Shown in pieces: positions 53,446-63,626 of a DNA stretch of 64,000 bases (position 1 is the first letter of the stretch; each line of letters begins with the position of its first letter). The notes under the pieces were generated by a model that saw nothing but the letters and a program-made list of their open reading frames with translations, was not told the DNA's origin and did not search any database. The translations under genes were made by a program, and so were the position numbers. Source of the DNA: an uncultured Bacilli bacterium (lineage in GTDB: Bacteria > Bacillota_I > Bacilli_A > RF39 > UBA660); the NCBI GenBank assembly GCA_934090735.1, contig CAKOJR010000001.1, forward strand, positions 90,984 to 154,983. Reading direction: 5' to 3'.

Positions 53446-54879
53446 ATGAAAATTAAAAAATATATTATTGGGTTTTTAGTTGGTGCGTTTGGAATTATAA
53501 ATGTTGATGCTGCTAAACTGGAATTTGATGGAGATAGAAGTATTAGTTATAATGGTACTGGTACTGTTGATATAAAATTAGATAGTGAGGGCGAAGAAGT
53601 AACGAATGTAGAGTTTACTTTAAGTTATGATACTAATTTTATAAATGTTTCCTTAAATAAAGAGCAGTATAATCTTGTTCGTAAGGAAGATGGTAAAAAG
53701 GTTACAATAATATCTGATACTGCTATTAAAGATGGTGTTATTGCAACTGTTACTGTTAAGAATATTAGACCTGAACAAGCTAATACATCACTTGCTCTTA
53801 AAGATATTAAGTTTGGGGATACAGCCGGTACTGACGTAACTAGAAGTTTTGTTTTAAAGTATACAACAACTACTACAACTAGAGCAAAAAATACTAGTAG
53901 TAAGTTATCTAGTGTGACTTTTAAATATGGTGATATTGTGGATATGTCACCTGCATTTAAGAGTAATGTATTTGAGTATAAGATTAAAAATGATAATGAT
54001 AAGATTCGTAAGTTGTCATTTCAAAGATTTGCGTGTGAAGAAGAGGGATGCAGTACTGAAGTATCTTGTAAGACTAATGGATGCACTGTAGATGGTAATT
54101 CTGTATATTTAGTTGTAGGTAAAAATGAAGTAGTAGTTACTAATACAAGTGAAGATGGGAAAAATACTACTGAATATAAATTTTTGGTATATAGAGGACC
54201 AACTACTGATAATTCTTCTTTTCTAAAGAGTCTTGCTATTGAGGGTTTTGCTATTAATGAGAAGTTTGATAAGAATGTGTTGGATTATACTGCGATAACT
54301 GATTATGAACATGAAACATTAAATATTATAGCAACTGCTGAAGATGAGAACGCTAAAGTAGAAGTTAAGGGTAATGAGAATTTAAAGATTGGTGAGAATG
54401 TTGTTACTATTACGGTAACTTCTAGTGAAACTAAGGATATTAAAATATATAATATTACGGTAACTAGAAAGGATTTTGAACCTTCTTCATCTACGACAAC
54501 AAAAGCTATTTTAGCACCTGATATAGTACCTAAGAAGAATAATAAGGTATTACTTATTGTTATTATTTCAGTTGTAGGAGCTGCGATTATTGGAGCGTCT
54601 GCTTACTTTATTTTTAGAAAACCAAAAGATAAAAATAAGAATAACAAAAATGGTGATAATAATTGTACTTTAGAACTTGCTGATGATATGCCATTATTAA
54701 AAAATGATGATAATGAAAAGTTAGATGATGCTGAAGTTAATGATAATGAGTTAGAGGAAGAATTAAATATTATTGAGAATAATGAGGAACCAGATGAATC
54801 TCCATCTATAGATGATGCTTTAAGGGATTTGATGGTAACTAAAAGATTAGAATTAACTGATGAAACGAAAGACGAATAA
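53446..54879 (+). CDS. Surface protein with cohesin-like and cadherin-like beta-sandwich domains, C-terminal TM and acidic tail
   Basis: Signal peptide. TNVEFTLSYDTNFINVS (cohesin-like). LKSLAIEGFAINEKFDKNVLDYTA...ENVVTITVTSSETKDIKIYNITVTRK (cadherin-like repeat). TM LLIVIISVVGAAIIGASAYFIF. Confidence 0.65.
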   Translation: MKIKKYIIGFLVGAFGIINVDAAKLEFDGDRSISYNGTGTVDIKLDSEGEEVTNVEFTLSYDTNFINVSLNKEQYNLVRKEDGKKVTIISDTAIKDGVIATVTVKNIRPEQANTSLALKDIKFGDTAGTDVTRSFVLKYTTTTTTRAKNTSSKLSSVTFKYGDIVDMSPAFKSNVFEYKIKNDNDKIRKLSFQRFACEEEGCSTEVSCKTNGCTVDGNSVYLVVGKNEVVVTNTSEDGKNTTEYKFLVYRGPTTDNSSFLKSLAIEGFAINEKFDKNVLDYTAITDYEHETLNIIATAEDENAKVEVKGNENLKIGENVVTITVTSSETKDIKIYNITVTRKDFEPSSSTTTKAILAPDIVPKKNNKVLLIVIISVVGAAIIGASAYFIFRKPKDKNKNNKNGDNNCTLELADDMPLLKNDDNEKLDDAEVNDNELEEELNIIENNEEPDESPSIDDALRDLMVTKRLELTDETKDE

Positions 54880-54920
54880 TAAAAATAGTCACTTAATAAA
54901 ATTTATTAGGTGATTTTTTT

Positions 54921-55517
54921 ATGCTAATTGCGCACCGTGGACTTTATGATAATAAGAAGATAAAAGAAAATACAATAATGGCATTTGATAAGGCCTTTCA
55001 AAATGGATTTGATGGTTTTGAAACTGATTTAAGACTAACAAAGGATGGAAAAGTTGTTCTTATGCATGATCCGGTTATATCTAGGGTATCTGATTCTTAT
55101 GGATTAGTTAGCAGTTTAAATTATAGTGAGTTAAAGAAGAAGTTTAGGGATATAGCGTTACTTCAAGATATAACTAGTAAGTATCATAAAAAAATAATTT
55201 TTTTAGAGCTTAAGGATAAGATAGATGTTACTAAATATTTAGATGGTGAAAATATTTATTATATAACTTCTTTTAATTATAATAATATAAAGTCTCTACC
55301 TAAAGGTAATTATAAAAGAGGAGTTCTTAATTATGTTTTTAATACGAATATTGATTATAAGAATTTAGATTTTATTATGATTTTATCTGATTTAATAACT
55401 GATAAGATATACGAGTTTTATACTAAACAAGGTATTGAAGTAGTTCTTTATGGCATAAATAAGCGAATTCCTACTTTGAAAAAAGAATACCTTGAAAAGA
55501 TAAAATATATTTATTAG
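54921..55517 (+). CDS. Glycerophosphodiester phosphodiesterase family protein
   Basis: IAHRG...ENTIMAF, FETDLRLTKDGKVVLMHD. Confidence 0.8.
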   Translation: MLIAHRGLYDNKKIKENTIMAFDKAFQNGFDGFETDLRLTKDGKVVLMHDPVISRVSDSYGLVSSLNYSELKKKFRDIALLQDITSKYHKKIIFLELKDKIDVTKYLDGENIYYITSFNYNNIKSLPKGNYKRGVLNYVFNTNIDYKNLDFIMILSDLITDKIYEFYTKQGIEVVLYGINKRIPTLKKEYLEKIKYIY

Positions 55518-55563
55518 CCTTGCTTATATAGGCATTTATATGTTAAAATGATTACGTCTAGAG

Positions 55564-55818
55564 GTGGTAAAATTGTTAGATAAAACTGTTACTTATAGTA
55601 CAAAAATGATTGAAAATGCTAAGATAAGTGATATGCTTTTTGAAGTGTATGATGCCTTAAAAGAACGAGGTTATAATCCGATTAATCAGATTCTTGGATA
55701 TCTTATAAGTGGAGATCCTGGATATATATCTTCGTATAAAGGGGCAAGAGATAAAATAACAAAGTTTGACCGCACAAAAGTTTTAATGTGCATTTTAGAA
55801 GGTTATTTAGAAAAATGA
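55564..55818 (+). CDS. ireB: IreB family regulatory phosphoprotein (UPF0297)
   Basis: VYDALKERGYNPINQILGYLISGDPGYISSYKGARDKI. Confidence 0.85.
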   Translation: MVKLLDKTVTYSTKMIENAKISDMLFEVYDALKERGYNPINQILGYLISGDPGYISSYKGARDKITKFDRTKVLMCILEGYLEK

Positions 55819-56222
55819 AATATTTAGGTATGGACTTAGGAACAAAAAGACTAGGTCTAGCGATTAGTACAAGTGGGGTATTAACAACTCCATATAAACT
55901 AATTAGTTTTAAAACTTATGAAGAAGCAAGAGATGAAGTAATAAAGATAATTGAGAAAGAAAAAATTACTTGTTTGGTTTTAGGACTTCCTAAAAATATG
56001 GATAATTCAATGGGATTTGCTTCGGAAAGAAGTTTGAATTTTAAAAAATTATTGGAAGAAAAATGCAGTTTACCTGTTAATTTAGTTGATGAAAGGCTAA
56101 GTACAGTTGAAGCAGAAAGTATTCTTATAGAAAACAATTACTCTAGAGCAAAAAGAAAAAATGTTATTGATGAGTTATCTGCATGTATTATACTAGATAC
56201 TTATCTAAGGAAAGTTGGTTAG
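55815..56222 (+). CDS. ruvX: Putative pre-16S rRNA nuclease / Holliday junction resolvase-like RuvX (YqgF)
   Basis: MKYLGMDLGTKRLGLAIS, LVLGLPKNMDNS, VDERLSTVEAE. ATG 55815 overlaps the ireB stop. Confidence 0.88.
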   Translation: MKYLGMDLGTKRLGLAISTSGVLTTPYKLISFKTYEEARDEVIKIIEKEKITCLVLGLPKNMDNSMGFASERSLNFKKLLEEKCSLPVNLVDERLSTVEAESILIENNYSRAKRKNVIDELSACIILDTYLRKVG

Positions 56223-56225
56223 ATT

Positions 56226-56522
56226 ATGGATAATAAAGGAAAATTTACAATTACAAATGAAGAAGGAAAAGAATTAGAGTGTGAAGTATTATTTACTTTT
56301 GATTCTGATGAGTTTAAGAAAAGTTATATTGTTTTTACGGATGGCTCATTAGATGATAATGGTAATATTAAGGTTTATGCTAATACATATGATCCAAGTG
56401 GTGAAGATATTAATCTTGGTGTTATTGAAAATGATGAAGAATGGAAAGTTATTGAAAACTTGCTAGCATCTTTACAAGAAAAGTTAGGAGAAAATAATGA
56501 AGTTAAAAAAGAAGACAATTAG
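56226..56522 (+). CDS. DUF1292 (UPF0473) protein
   Basis: ITNEEGKELECEVLFTFDSDEFKKSYIVFTD; conserved position after ruvX. Confidence 0.8.
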   Translation: MDNKGKFTITNEEGKELECEVLFTFDSDEFKKSYIVFTDGSLDDNGNIKVYANTYDPSGEDINLGVIENDEEWKVIENLLASLQEKLGENNEVKKEDN

Positions 56523-57588
56523 TAAAATTCTTATAATAGTGGGTTCACTAATTGCACTTACTCTTTTAATTTTTGTTGTATTATCAATTAATTTTTTAGC
56601 TCCAGTTGATAAGAAGAGTGAACAGGTTATTGAATTTAATGTTCCATCTGGTATGGGGAAGAATCAGATAGCTGATGAGCTTGAGAAAGCTGGATTAATT
56701 AAAAATGCTTTATTTTTTAAATTTTATATTAAGTTTAATTCTAATAAAGAATTATATGCTGGTACTTATAATATTTCTAAGAGTATGAGTGTTGATGAGA
56801 TTATTGATACTTTAAATAAAGGTAAATCTTTAGAAAATGAAGCAATAACTGTTCAGTTTATTGAGGGAAAGCGTTTAACTGATTATGCTAAAAAGATAAG
56901 CGAGAATTTTCCTTATACAGAGGAAGAGGTAATTGAAGTTAGTAAAGATAAAGAATTTTTAAATAAGTTAATTAAGAATTATTGGTTTATAACTGATGAT
57001 ATTTTAAATGATAAGATATATTATCCTTTGGAAGGTTATTTATTTCCAGATACTTATAATTTTAAGAAGAATGCTACTATTGAAGAAATTTTGGAGAAGA
57101 TGGTTAAAACCCTAGGAACAAAATTAGAAGTCTATAAAAAGGATATAGAACTATCAAAGTATAGTATTCATGAATTAATTACTTTAGCTTCTATTATTGA
57201 ATTAGAAGGAGCAAGTAGTGCTGATAGAGCTGGAGTAGCTGGAGTATTCTATAATAGATTAAAAGATAATTGGACATTAGGTAGTGATGCTACTACGTAT
57301 TATGCTGTTGGTAAAGGATTTGAGAGAGATTTATCTCAAAAGGATTTGAGTAGTTGTAATGGTTATAATACAAGGAGTGAAAGTAAATGTGCATTTACTG
57401 GCTTACCAGTTGGACCAATAGATAGTCCATCACTTGCAAGTTTAGCAGCAGTGTTTGAACCAACTGAAAGTGATTATTATTATTTTGTAGCTGATAAGAA
57501 TAAAAAGACATATTTTATGAAAACGTATAAAGAGCATGATAAAATGGTTGCTCAATTACGAAAAGAAGGACTTTGGTACGAATATTAG
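56497..57588 (+). CDS. mltG: Endolytic murein transglycosylase MltG (YceG)
   Basis: N-terminal TM. LEGYLFPDTY, ITLASIIELE, GVFYNRL, LGSDATTYY, YNTR...GLPVGPI. Confidence 0.9.
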   Translation: MKLKKKTISKILIIVGSLIALTLLIFVVLSINFLAPVDKKSEQVIEFNVPSGMGKNQIADELEKAGLIKNALFFKFYIKFNSNKELYAGTYNISKSMSVDEIIDTLNKGKSLENEAITVQFIEGKRLTDYAKKISENFPYTEEEVIEVSKDKEFLNKLIKNYWFITDDILNDKIYYPLEGYLFPDTYNFKKNATIEEILEKMVKTLGTKLEVYKKDIELSKYSIHELITLASIIELEGASSADRAGVAGVFYNRLKDNWTLGSDATTYYAVGKGFERDLSQKDLSSCNGYNTRSESKCAFTGLPVGPIDSPSLASLAAVFEPTESDYYYFVADKNKKTYFMKTYKEHDKMVAQLRKEGLWYEY

Positions 57589-57591
57589 GAA

Positions 57592-58197
57592 GTGATAAAT
57601 ATGAAAGAAACAATACTAGAAATGGAACGGTATGCTGAGGAAAACAACATACCAATAATTGAAGTAGATAGTATTAAATTTATAATGAAGTACATTAAGA
57701 TAAATAATGTAAAAAGTGTATTAGAAATAGGTACAGCAATTGGGTATTCTGCTATACTAATGGCGAATGCTACAAGTACTGTTGAGATAACTACTGTTGA
57801 AAAAGATGAAAAAAGGTATCGTGAGGCAGTTAAGAATGTAAATAAATGTGGGCTAGATAGAAGAATAGAGTGTGTTTATAATGACGCTTTAGAGGTTAAT
57901 TTAGCAGGACACTCTTATGATTTAATCTTTATTGATGCTGCTAAGGGTGGTTATATTAAATATTTTGAAAAGTTTTGTAATTATTTAAATCCTGGTGGAG
58001 TAATTATAACTGATAATTTAAAATTTCATGGATTAGTTAGTAATAAGAATTTAGTTAAGAGTAAAAATTTAAAAGGTATTGTTGATAAAATTGAAAAGTA
58101 TGTTGAGTTTTTAAATCAGAATGAAGATTTTATTACAAAATATTATGATATAGGAGATGGCTTATCAGTAAGCTTTAGAAGAGCAAATGTTAAATAA
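57592..58197 (+). CDS. trmR: O-methyltransferase (YrrM/TrmR-like)
   Basis: VLEIGTAIGYSAI, FIDAAKGGY. Gene order yrrM-yrrN-yrrO as in Bacillus. Confidence 0.75.
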   Translation: MINMKETILEMERYAEENNIPIIEVDSIKFIMKYIKINNVKSVLEIGTAIGYSAILMANATSTVEITTVEKDEKRYREAVKNVNKCGLDRRIECVYNDALEVNLAGHSYDLIFIDAAKGGYIKYFEKFCNYLNPGGVIITDNLKFHGLVSNKNLVKSKNLKGIVDKIEKYVEFLNQNEDFITKYYDIGDGLSVSFRRANVK

Positions 58198-58966
58198 ATT
58201 ATTAGTAAGAGTTAATAATATTAGTGAGTTTAATGAATTGAAAGAAAAGGGAATAGATAATTTCCTTTTTCCTTTAGATGGGTTTAGTGTTGGTTATAAT
58301 ACTTTTAAAATAGAAGATATTAAGAAACTGGATGCTAATATTTATTTATTAGTAAATCGTGTTTTTGATAATGTTACCTTAGATGAGTGGAATAATATTA
58401 AGGGTGAGTTAAAGTTTGCTAAGGGTATCTTTTTTGAAGATATTGCTGTATATATGACTACTAGAGATATTCCTCTTATATGGAATACTGCTCATGCGGT
58501 AATAAGTACGAGTAGTGTTAATTACTGGCTTAATTTAGTTGATAGTGCGTGTCTTTCAAATGAACTGACAAAGGAAGAAATTATAAGTATTATAAATAAT
58601 GTAAATAAAGAAATAGTACTTCCTATTTATGGAAAGAATATGGCAATGTACTCTAGAAGAAGTCTTATTTCTAACTATGAAAAATATAAAGGCATCACTT
58701 TAAATGATCATAACCTAACTCCAGATAATAATATAACCTTTAAAGAGGTAGAAAATGATTATGGAACAGTTTTCTTTGCGGATGCACCATTTAACTATAT
58801 AAACATTCTAAAAGATATAAATGATGCTAAGATAAAATTATATTATTTTGATTTAGCTGATATTACTCCTGATGAGATGCTTGAAATTTTAAATGGCAAG
58901 GAAACATTGTGTGATAATCGCTTTCTAGAACGCAAAACAATTTATAAATTGGAGGCTAAAAAATGA
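58187..58966 (+). CDS. Peptidase U32 family protein (YrrN/TrhP1-like, short form)
   Basis: Position and size relative to the following U32 gene. Weak U32-like sequence. Confidence 0.55.
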   Translation: MLNKLLVRVNNISEFNELKEKGIDNFLFPLDGFSVGYNTFKIEDIKKLDANIYLLVNRVFDNVTLDEWNNIKGELKFAKGIFFEDIAVYMTTRDIPLIWNTAHAVISTSSVNYWLNLVDSACLSNELTKEEIISIINNVNKEIVLPIYGKNMAMYSRRSLISNYEKYKGITLNDHNLTPDNNITFKEVENDYGTVFFADAPFNYINILKDINDAKIKLYYFDLADITPDEMLEILNGKETLCDNRFLERKTIYKLEAKK

Positions 58967-60150
58967 TTGAACTATTATCACCAGCTGGTGACGAAGAAAA
59001 GATGCGCGTGGCTTTTAACTATGGTGCTGATGCAGTTTACTTTGGTGGGCAAAACTATAGTTTAAGGGCGAATGCTAAAAATTTTAATAAAGAAGAGATT
59101 AAAAATGCAGTTATCCTTGCTCATGGTCTTAATAAAAAAGTATATGTTACTATTAATATTATTTTTCATGATGAAGACTTTGAAGGATTAGAGGAATATT
59201 TAAAATATTTAGATAATGCTGGAGTGGATGCCATTATTGTAAGTGATATCTCAGTAATGGATTTATGGAAAAAACTAAATCTTAAAATGGAACTTCATGT
59301 ATCAACACAGGCAAGTACTCTTAATAAAGAGACGGCATTATTTTATAAAAATCTAGGAGCAACTAGAGTTGTTTTAGCAAGGGAAGCTTTAAAAGATAAT
59401 ATTAAGGAGATAAAAGAATATACTGGATTAGAATTAGAAGCCTTTATTCATGGGGCAATGTGCACGAGTATTAGTGGTAGATGTATTATGAGTAACTATG
59501 TAACTAATAGAGATGCTAATAGAGGGGGATGTGCCCAAATATGTAGATGGTGCTTTCAAAATAATGAAGTAAGTGATATTCAAATATGTCCTAAAGATTT
59601 AAATATGATTCCTAATATTAAAGAGATGATTGATGTTGGTATTAATTCTTTTAAAATTGAGGGAAGAATGAGGGGAATTTACTACTTAGCTACCGTTATC
59701 CTATCTTATAGAAGAATTATTGATCATATCTTAAATAATACATTAACTCCAGAAATAAGTAATTACTATCTTAATGTTCTTAATAGATGTGCTAATAGGG
59801 AAAGTACGCCACAGTTTTTTAATGAATTACCAACTGAAAAAGAACAGTATTATCCTGGAGTTAGAAATGAGTATTCTAATCAAGATTTTTTAGGATTAGT
59901 AATAGACAATGCTGATGGTATAATTACTATTGAAGAACGTAATTATTTTAAAAAGGGGACTGTGTGTCAAATAATTAGTCCATATAATAAAACTTTCGAT
60001 TATCAAATTAACGAAATATTTGATGAGGATATGAATATAATAGAAGAAGCAAATCATGCTCAAATGATTGTTAAAATCAAAGACAATTTACCTGTACAAA
60101 AGGGTGACATGATTCGTCTAAAAGTATTTGACATTTGTGATGATTTGTAG
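58963..60150 (+). CDS. Peptidase U32 family protein (YrrO/TrhP2-like)
   Basis: ELLSPAGD, GADAVYFGG, EAFIHGAMCTSISGRCIMSNY, SFKIEGRMR. Confidence 0.85.
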   Translation: MIELLSPAGDEEKMRVAFNYGADAVYFGGQNYSLRANAKNFNKEEIKNAVILAHGLNKKVYVTINIIFHDEDFEGLEEYLKYLDNAGVDAIIVSDISVMDLWKKLNLKMELHVSTQASTLNKETALFYKNLGATRVVLAREALKDNIKEIKEYTGLELEAFIHGAMCTSISGRCIMSNYVTNRDANRGGCAQICRWCFQNNEVSDIQICPKDLNMIPNIKEMIDVGINSFKIEGRMRGIYYLATVILSYRRIIDHILNNTLTPEISNYYLNVLNRCANRESTPQFFNELPTEKEQYYPGVRNEYSNQDFLGLVIDNADGIITIEERNYFKKGTVCQIISPYNKTFDYQINEIFDEDMNIIEEANHAQMIVKIKDNLPVQKGDMIRLKVFDICDDL

Positions 60151-60192
60151 TAGACTTATAAAAGTTTAAATTATGCAAAGGAGATATTTTAA

Positions 60193-60660
60193 ATGGCAAA
60201 AAAAGAATTTTTATTAACTAGTGAAGGTTTCTTAGATTTAGAAACAGAACTAAATGAATTAAAAAATGTTAGAAGACCAAAAGTAATTGAAGCAATTAAA
60301 GACGCTAGAAGCCAAGGTGATTTATCTGAAAATGCCGACTATGATGCAGCAAGAGCAGAACAAGCCGAAGTTGAAGGACGTATTAAAGAACTAGAATATA
60401 TGTTAGAAAATGCCAAAATAATCCAAAAAGAAAGTGGACATGTAGTTGGCTTAGGAAGTACAGTAACTATTTCTTATGTAGATGATGATGATACAGAAGT
60501 ATATAGTATTGTTGGTTCAATGGAAGCAGATCCATTTGAAAATAAAATATCAAATGAGTCTCCTTTAGGAAAAGCTATCATTGGTAAAAAACAAGGTGAA
60601 GAAATTGAAGTAGCATCACCTACAGGAAGTTATAAGATTAAAATCGAAAAAGTTGACTAA
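60193..60660 (+). CDS. greA: Transcription elongation factor GreA
   Basis: LTSEGFLDLETELNELKNVRRPKVIEAIKDARSQGDLSENADYDAAR. Confidence 0.92.
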   Translation: MAKKEFLLTSEGFLDLETELNELKNVRRPKVIEAIKDARSQGDLSENADYDAARAEQAEVEGRIKELEYMLENAKIIQKESGHVVGLGSTVTISYVDDDDTEVYSIVGSMEADPFENKISNESPLGKAIIGKKQGEEIEVASPTGSYKIKIEKVD

Positions 60661-60754
60661 TTTAGCCAGCTTTTTTACATATAAAGGGATGCTTACACTT
60701 GCATAAATGTTAAGAGTAAAGTATAATAATTAAGAAATTAAGGAGAGAAGAAGA

Positions 60755-61999
60755 ATGAAAAACGTAAAAGAGTTTACTACTAAAATTGAAGGTGAAGCTT
60801 GGGCTAACGCTTTAGATAGAGCTTTTAACAAAAAGAAGAAAGATATTAAAGTTGATGGTTTTAGAAAAGGAGCAGTTCCAAAAGAAGTTTATATCAAAAA
60901 GTTTGGTATTGAAGTATTATTTATGGATGCTGTAGATGAGTGTATTAATGATGCATATCACAAAATTATCGATGATAATAAATTAAATCCAGTATGCGAA
61001 CCAAAAGTTGATATTAAAAATATTAATAAAGATGAAGTTGAGTTTGCATTTACTGTTATTGAACGTCCTGAAGTAAAACTAGGTAAATACAAAAATCTAG
61101 GTGTTAAAGAAGAAAAGGTAGAAGTTAGTGATGATGAAATTAATCATGAACTTGGACATTTAAAAGAAGAATATGCTGATGTAGTTGAGTTAACTGAAGG
61201 AAAAGTAGAAGAAGGATTTACTGCTGTTATTAACTTTAAAGGTGTAGTAGATGGTAAAGAATTAGAAGGTGGAAGCGGAGAAAACTATCCACTTGAGATT
61301 GGTTCTCATACATTCATTCCAGGTTTTGAAGAAGGTTTAGTTGGAATGAGTATTGGAGAAGAAAAAGTACTTAAATTAAAATTTCCAGAAGATTATGTTG
61401 AAAATTTAAAAGGTAAAGACGTAGAGTTCACTGTTAAAGTAACTGGACTTAAAAAGCGTGTATTACCTGAAATGAATGAAGAATTCTATAAAGATTTAGG
61501 TTATGAAAATGTTAAGACTGAAGAAGAATTAAAAGAAGAAATTAAGAAGCATTTATTAGAACATAAGAAAGCTGATGCTGAAAATAAATATGTTGATGAA
61601 CTTCTTAAAAAAGCTGTTGAATCTTTAGAAGTGGAAATTAATCCAGAGATAACTGAATCAGAACTAAATCGTATGGTGGATGAATATAGAAATCGTCTTC
61701 AAATGCAAGGTTTATCTTTAGAACAATACCTATCATATACTAAATCAAATATTGAAGATTTGAAGAAACAAATTACTCCAGAGGCTGAGTATAGAATCAA
61801 GGTAAGATACTTACTTGAAGAAATCAGTAAGAAGGAAAATATTGAAGTTACTGATGAAGAAGTTAAAGCTGAAATTAAACGTATCAGTGAAATGTACGGT
61901 GTAACTGAAGATGACGTTATTAATATGATTGGTGGAGAAGAAGTAATTAAAGCTGATCTAAAGATGCGTAAAGCAATCGATATTATTAAAGAAAACTAG
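60755..61999 (+). CDS. tig: Trigger factor
   Basis: VDGFRKGAVPKEVYIKKFG, GFTAVINFKGVVDGKELEGGSGENYPLEIGSHTFIPGFEEGLVGM (FKBP-type PPIase). Confidence 0.92.
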   Translation: MKNVKEFTTKIEGEAWANALDRAFNKKKKDIKVDGFRKGAVPKEVYIKKFGIEVLFMDAVDECINDAYHKIIDDNKLNPVCEPKVDIKNINKDEVEFAFTVIERPEVKLGKYKNLGVKEEKVEVSDDEINHELGHLKEEYADVVELTEGKVEEGFTAVINFKGVVDGKELEGGSGENYPLEIGSHTFIPGFEEGLVGMSIGEEKVLKLKFPEDYVENLKGKDVEFTVKVTGLKKRVLPEMNEEFYKDLGYENVKTEEELKEEIKKHLLEHKKADAENKYVDELLKKAVESLEVEINPEITESELNRMVDEYRNRLQMQGLSLEQYLSYTKSNIEDLKKQITPEAEYRIKVRYLLEEISKKENIEVTDEEVKAEIKRISEMYGVTEDDVINMIGGEEVIKADLKMRKAIDIIKEN

Positions 62000-62019
62000 A
62001 CCTAACAAGGTCTTTTTTT
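61999..62019. terminator. Shared hairpin terminator between convergent tig and the flippase gene
   Basis: GACCT-AACA-AGGTC followed by T7 on the plus strand. It overlaps both stop codons. Confidence 0.6.
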
Positions 62020-63297
62020 AAGGGTATGGATAAGTTTGGTGTAATTGATAAGAACACAGATAAAGATATTTATTATTTCAGCTAGTATTAAAGCAAACAT
62101 TCCTAGTTTTAGATAAGCAAAGATAAATAGACATAGGAGTCTAATTATGGTTCCATATAGAGTGGTTCTCATTAAAAAGGCATTTTTACCTAGAGCTTGA
62201 AGTGTACTATTAATTGGTGCTTCCATATAGAATATACTGAAGAAGAAAGCCATAAATCTTATATAAGTAACTCCTTCATGTGTTTTAAAGACTATCCACA
62301 AGATTTCATCACAAAATAGGTATAAAAATGCATTTGCACATATTCCCAAAATAAGAGAAAAGATAAGCGTCTTATTAAAAATTTGTTTAACTTTAGCAAG
62401 ATTTTGATAGTTTTTGCTTATTTCAGGAAGTAAGGATGTACTTATAGCCATTTGCAAATAGGTAGGTACTAGTAAAAGACCTAAAACATAAGTATTATAA
62501 ACACCATACATATTGGTAATATATGCAGAACTAAAACCTTTACTTAGCATTACTGTACTAAGAATAATTGGTTCAAAGAAGTAGCCAATGTTGCCAATAA
62601 TTCTAGAGCTTACACTAGGTATACCAATTTTCATAACATCTTTAATAGTCCCTATATCTGGTTTTAAATCTCTTGCTTCTATTTTGAAGTTTTTAGGTAG
62701 AAATAAAAGGAAGATGATAATACTCATTGTCTCAGATAATATACTAATTAAAATATAACCACAGATAGTTATAATAAGGCCGTATTTACATAGATGGGGA
62801 AGAACTAATAAGACAATTAATAGTTTAAATATTTGCTCAATAACATTGGATAGTGAGTGAGGCATCATTTGTTGTTTCCCAAAAAAGTAACCTCTTAGAA
62901 TGCTTCCGATTGAGATAAATGGTAAAACTAAAGATAAAGCCATTAAAGGGTAATATGTGTCCTCGTTATGAAGAAGGTTAATGCTTATGAATTTACTTGC
63001 AAAGATAACAAAGATTACTAATATAAAATTTAAAGTTAAGGAAACGGGTAATGCACTTAAGACAATTTTTTTACCTCTAATGTTGCCGCGAGAGACTAGA
63101 GCAGATATGGCAATGGGAAATCCTAGAGATGTAATTGTAATAAGTAAACTGTAAGTTGGCATAACAAGGGAGTAGATTCCGATACCTTCAGTACCGATAA
63201 CTCTTGTAAAATAAATTCTAATAACAAAACTAAATAATTTAGTAATAATTCCACCAATAATTAAAATAAGTGTACTTTTAATAAACTTGTTTTTCAT
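62002..63297 (-). CDS. MOP-superfamily oligosaccharide flippase (SpoVB/MurJ/Wzx-like)
   Basis: 431 aa, about 12 TM. N-terminus KSTLILIIGGIITKLFSFVIRIYFTRVIGTEGIGIYSLVMP resembles the SpoVB family. Position next to comN-like and rel as in Bacillus. Confidence 0.65.
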   Translation of the reverse strand: MKNKFIKSTLILIIGGIITKLFSFVIRIYFTRVIGTEGIGIYSLVMPTYSLLITITSLGFPIAISALVSRGNIRGKKIVLSALPVSLTLNFILVIFVIFASKFISINLLHNEDTYYPLMALSLVLPFISIGSILRGYFFGKQQMMPHSLSNVIEQIFKLLIVLLVLPHLCKYGLIITICGYILISILSETMSIIIFLLFLPKNFKIEARDLKPDIGTIKDVMKIGIPSVSSRIIGNIGYFFEPIILSTVMLSKGFSSAYITNMYGVYNTYVLGLLLVPTYLQMAISTSLLPEISKNYQNLAKVKQIFNKTLIFSLILGICANAFLYLFCDEILWIVFKTHEGVTYIRFMAFFFSIFYMEAPINSTLQALGKNAFLMRTTLYGTIIRLLCLFIFAYLKLGMFALILAEIINIFICVLINYTKLIHTLKKRPC

Positions 63298-63373
63298 AAT
63301 CGTCAGTTTTCTTTCTAGTAAAAATGTTATATAATAATATATGAAAGAAAACTAAATAATATAAGGAGAATTT

Positions 63374-63622
63374 ATGGATGAAATTAAATTTAATACGATA
63401 ACTGAGTTATATAATAGATTGGTTCCAGCCCTAAAAACAAAGAGTGATGATTTACAGAGAAACTCTAAAATTAAATTAACAGAGAAGGAGATATGGGATT
63501 ACTTAAGATATAATTATTGGTGTAATAAAAATAGAATTACTCTAGGAGAGATGGTTGATGATATCTTAAGTACACCTGATGATGAATTAATTAAATATCA
63601 TAATACGAATAAAGGAGAATAA
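63374..63622 (+). CDS. ComN-like post-transcriptional regulator (YrzD family)
   Basis: 82 aa. EKEIWDYLRYNYW...LGEMVDDIL pattern and the synteny. Confidence 0.5.
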   Translation: MDEIKFNTITELYNRLVPALKTKSDDLQRNSKIKLTEKEIWDYLRYNYWCNKNRITLGEMVDDILSTPDDELIKYHNTNKGE

Positions 63623-63626
63623 CTAA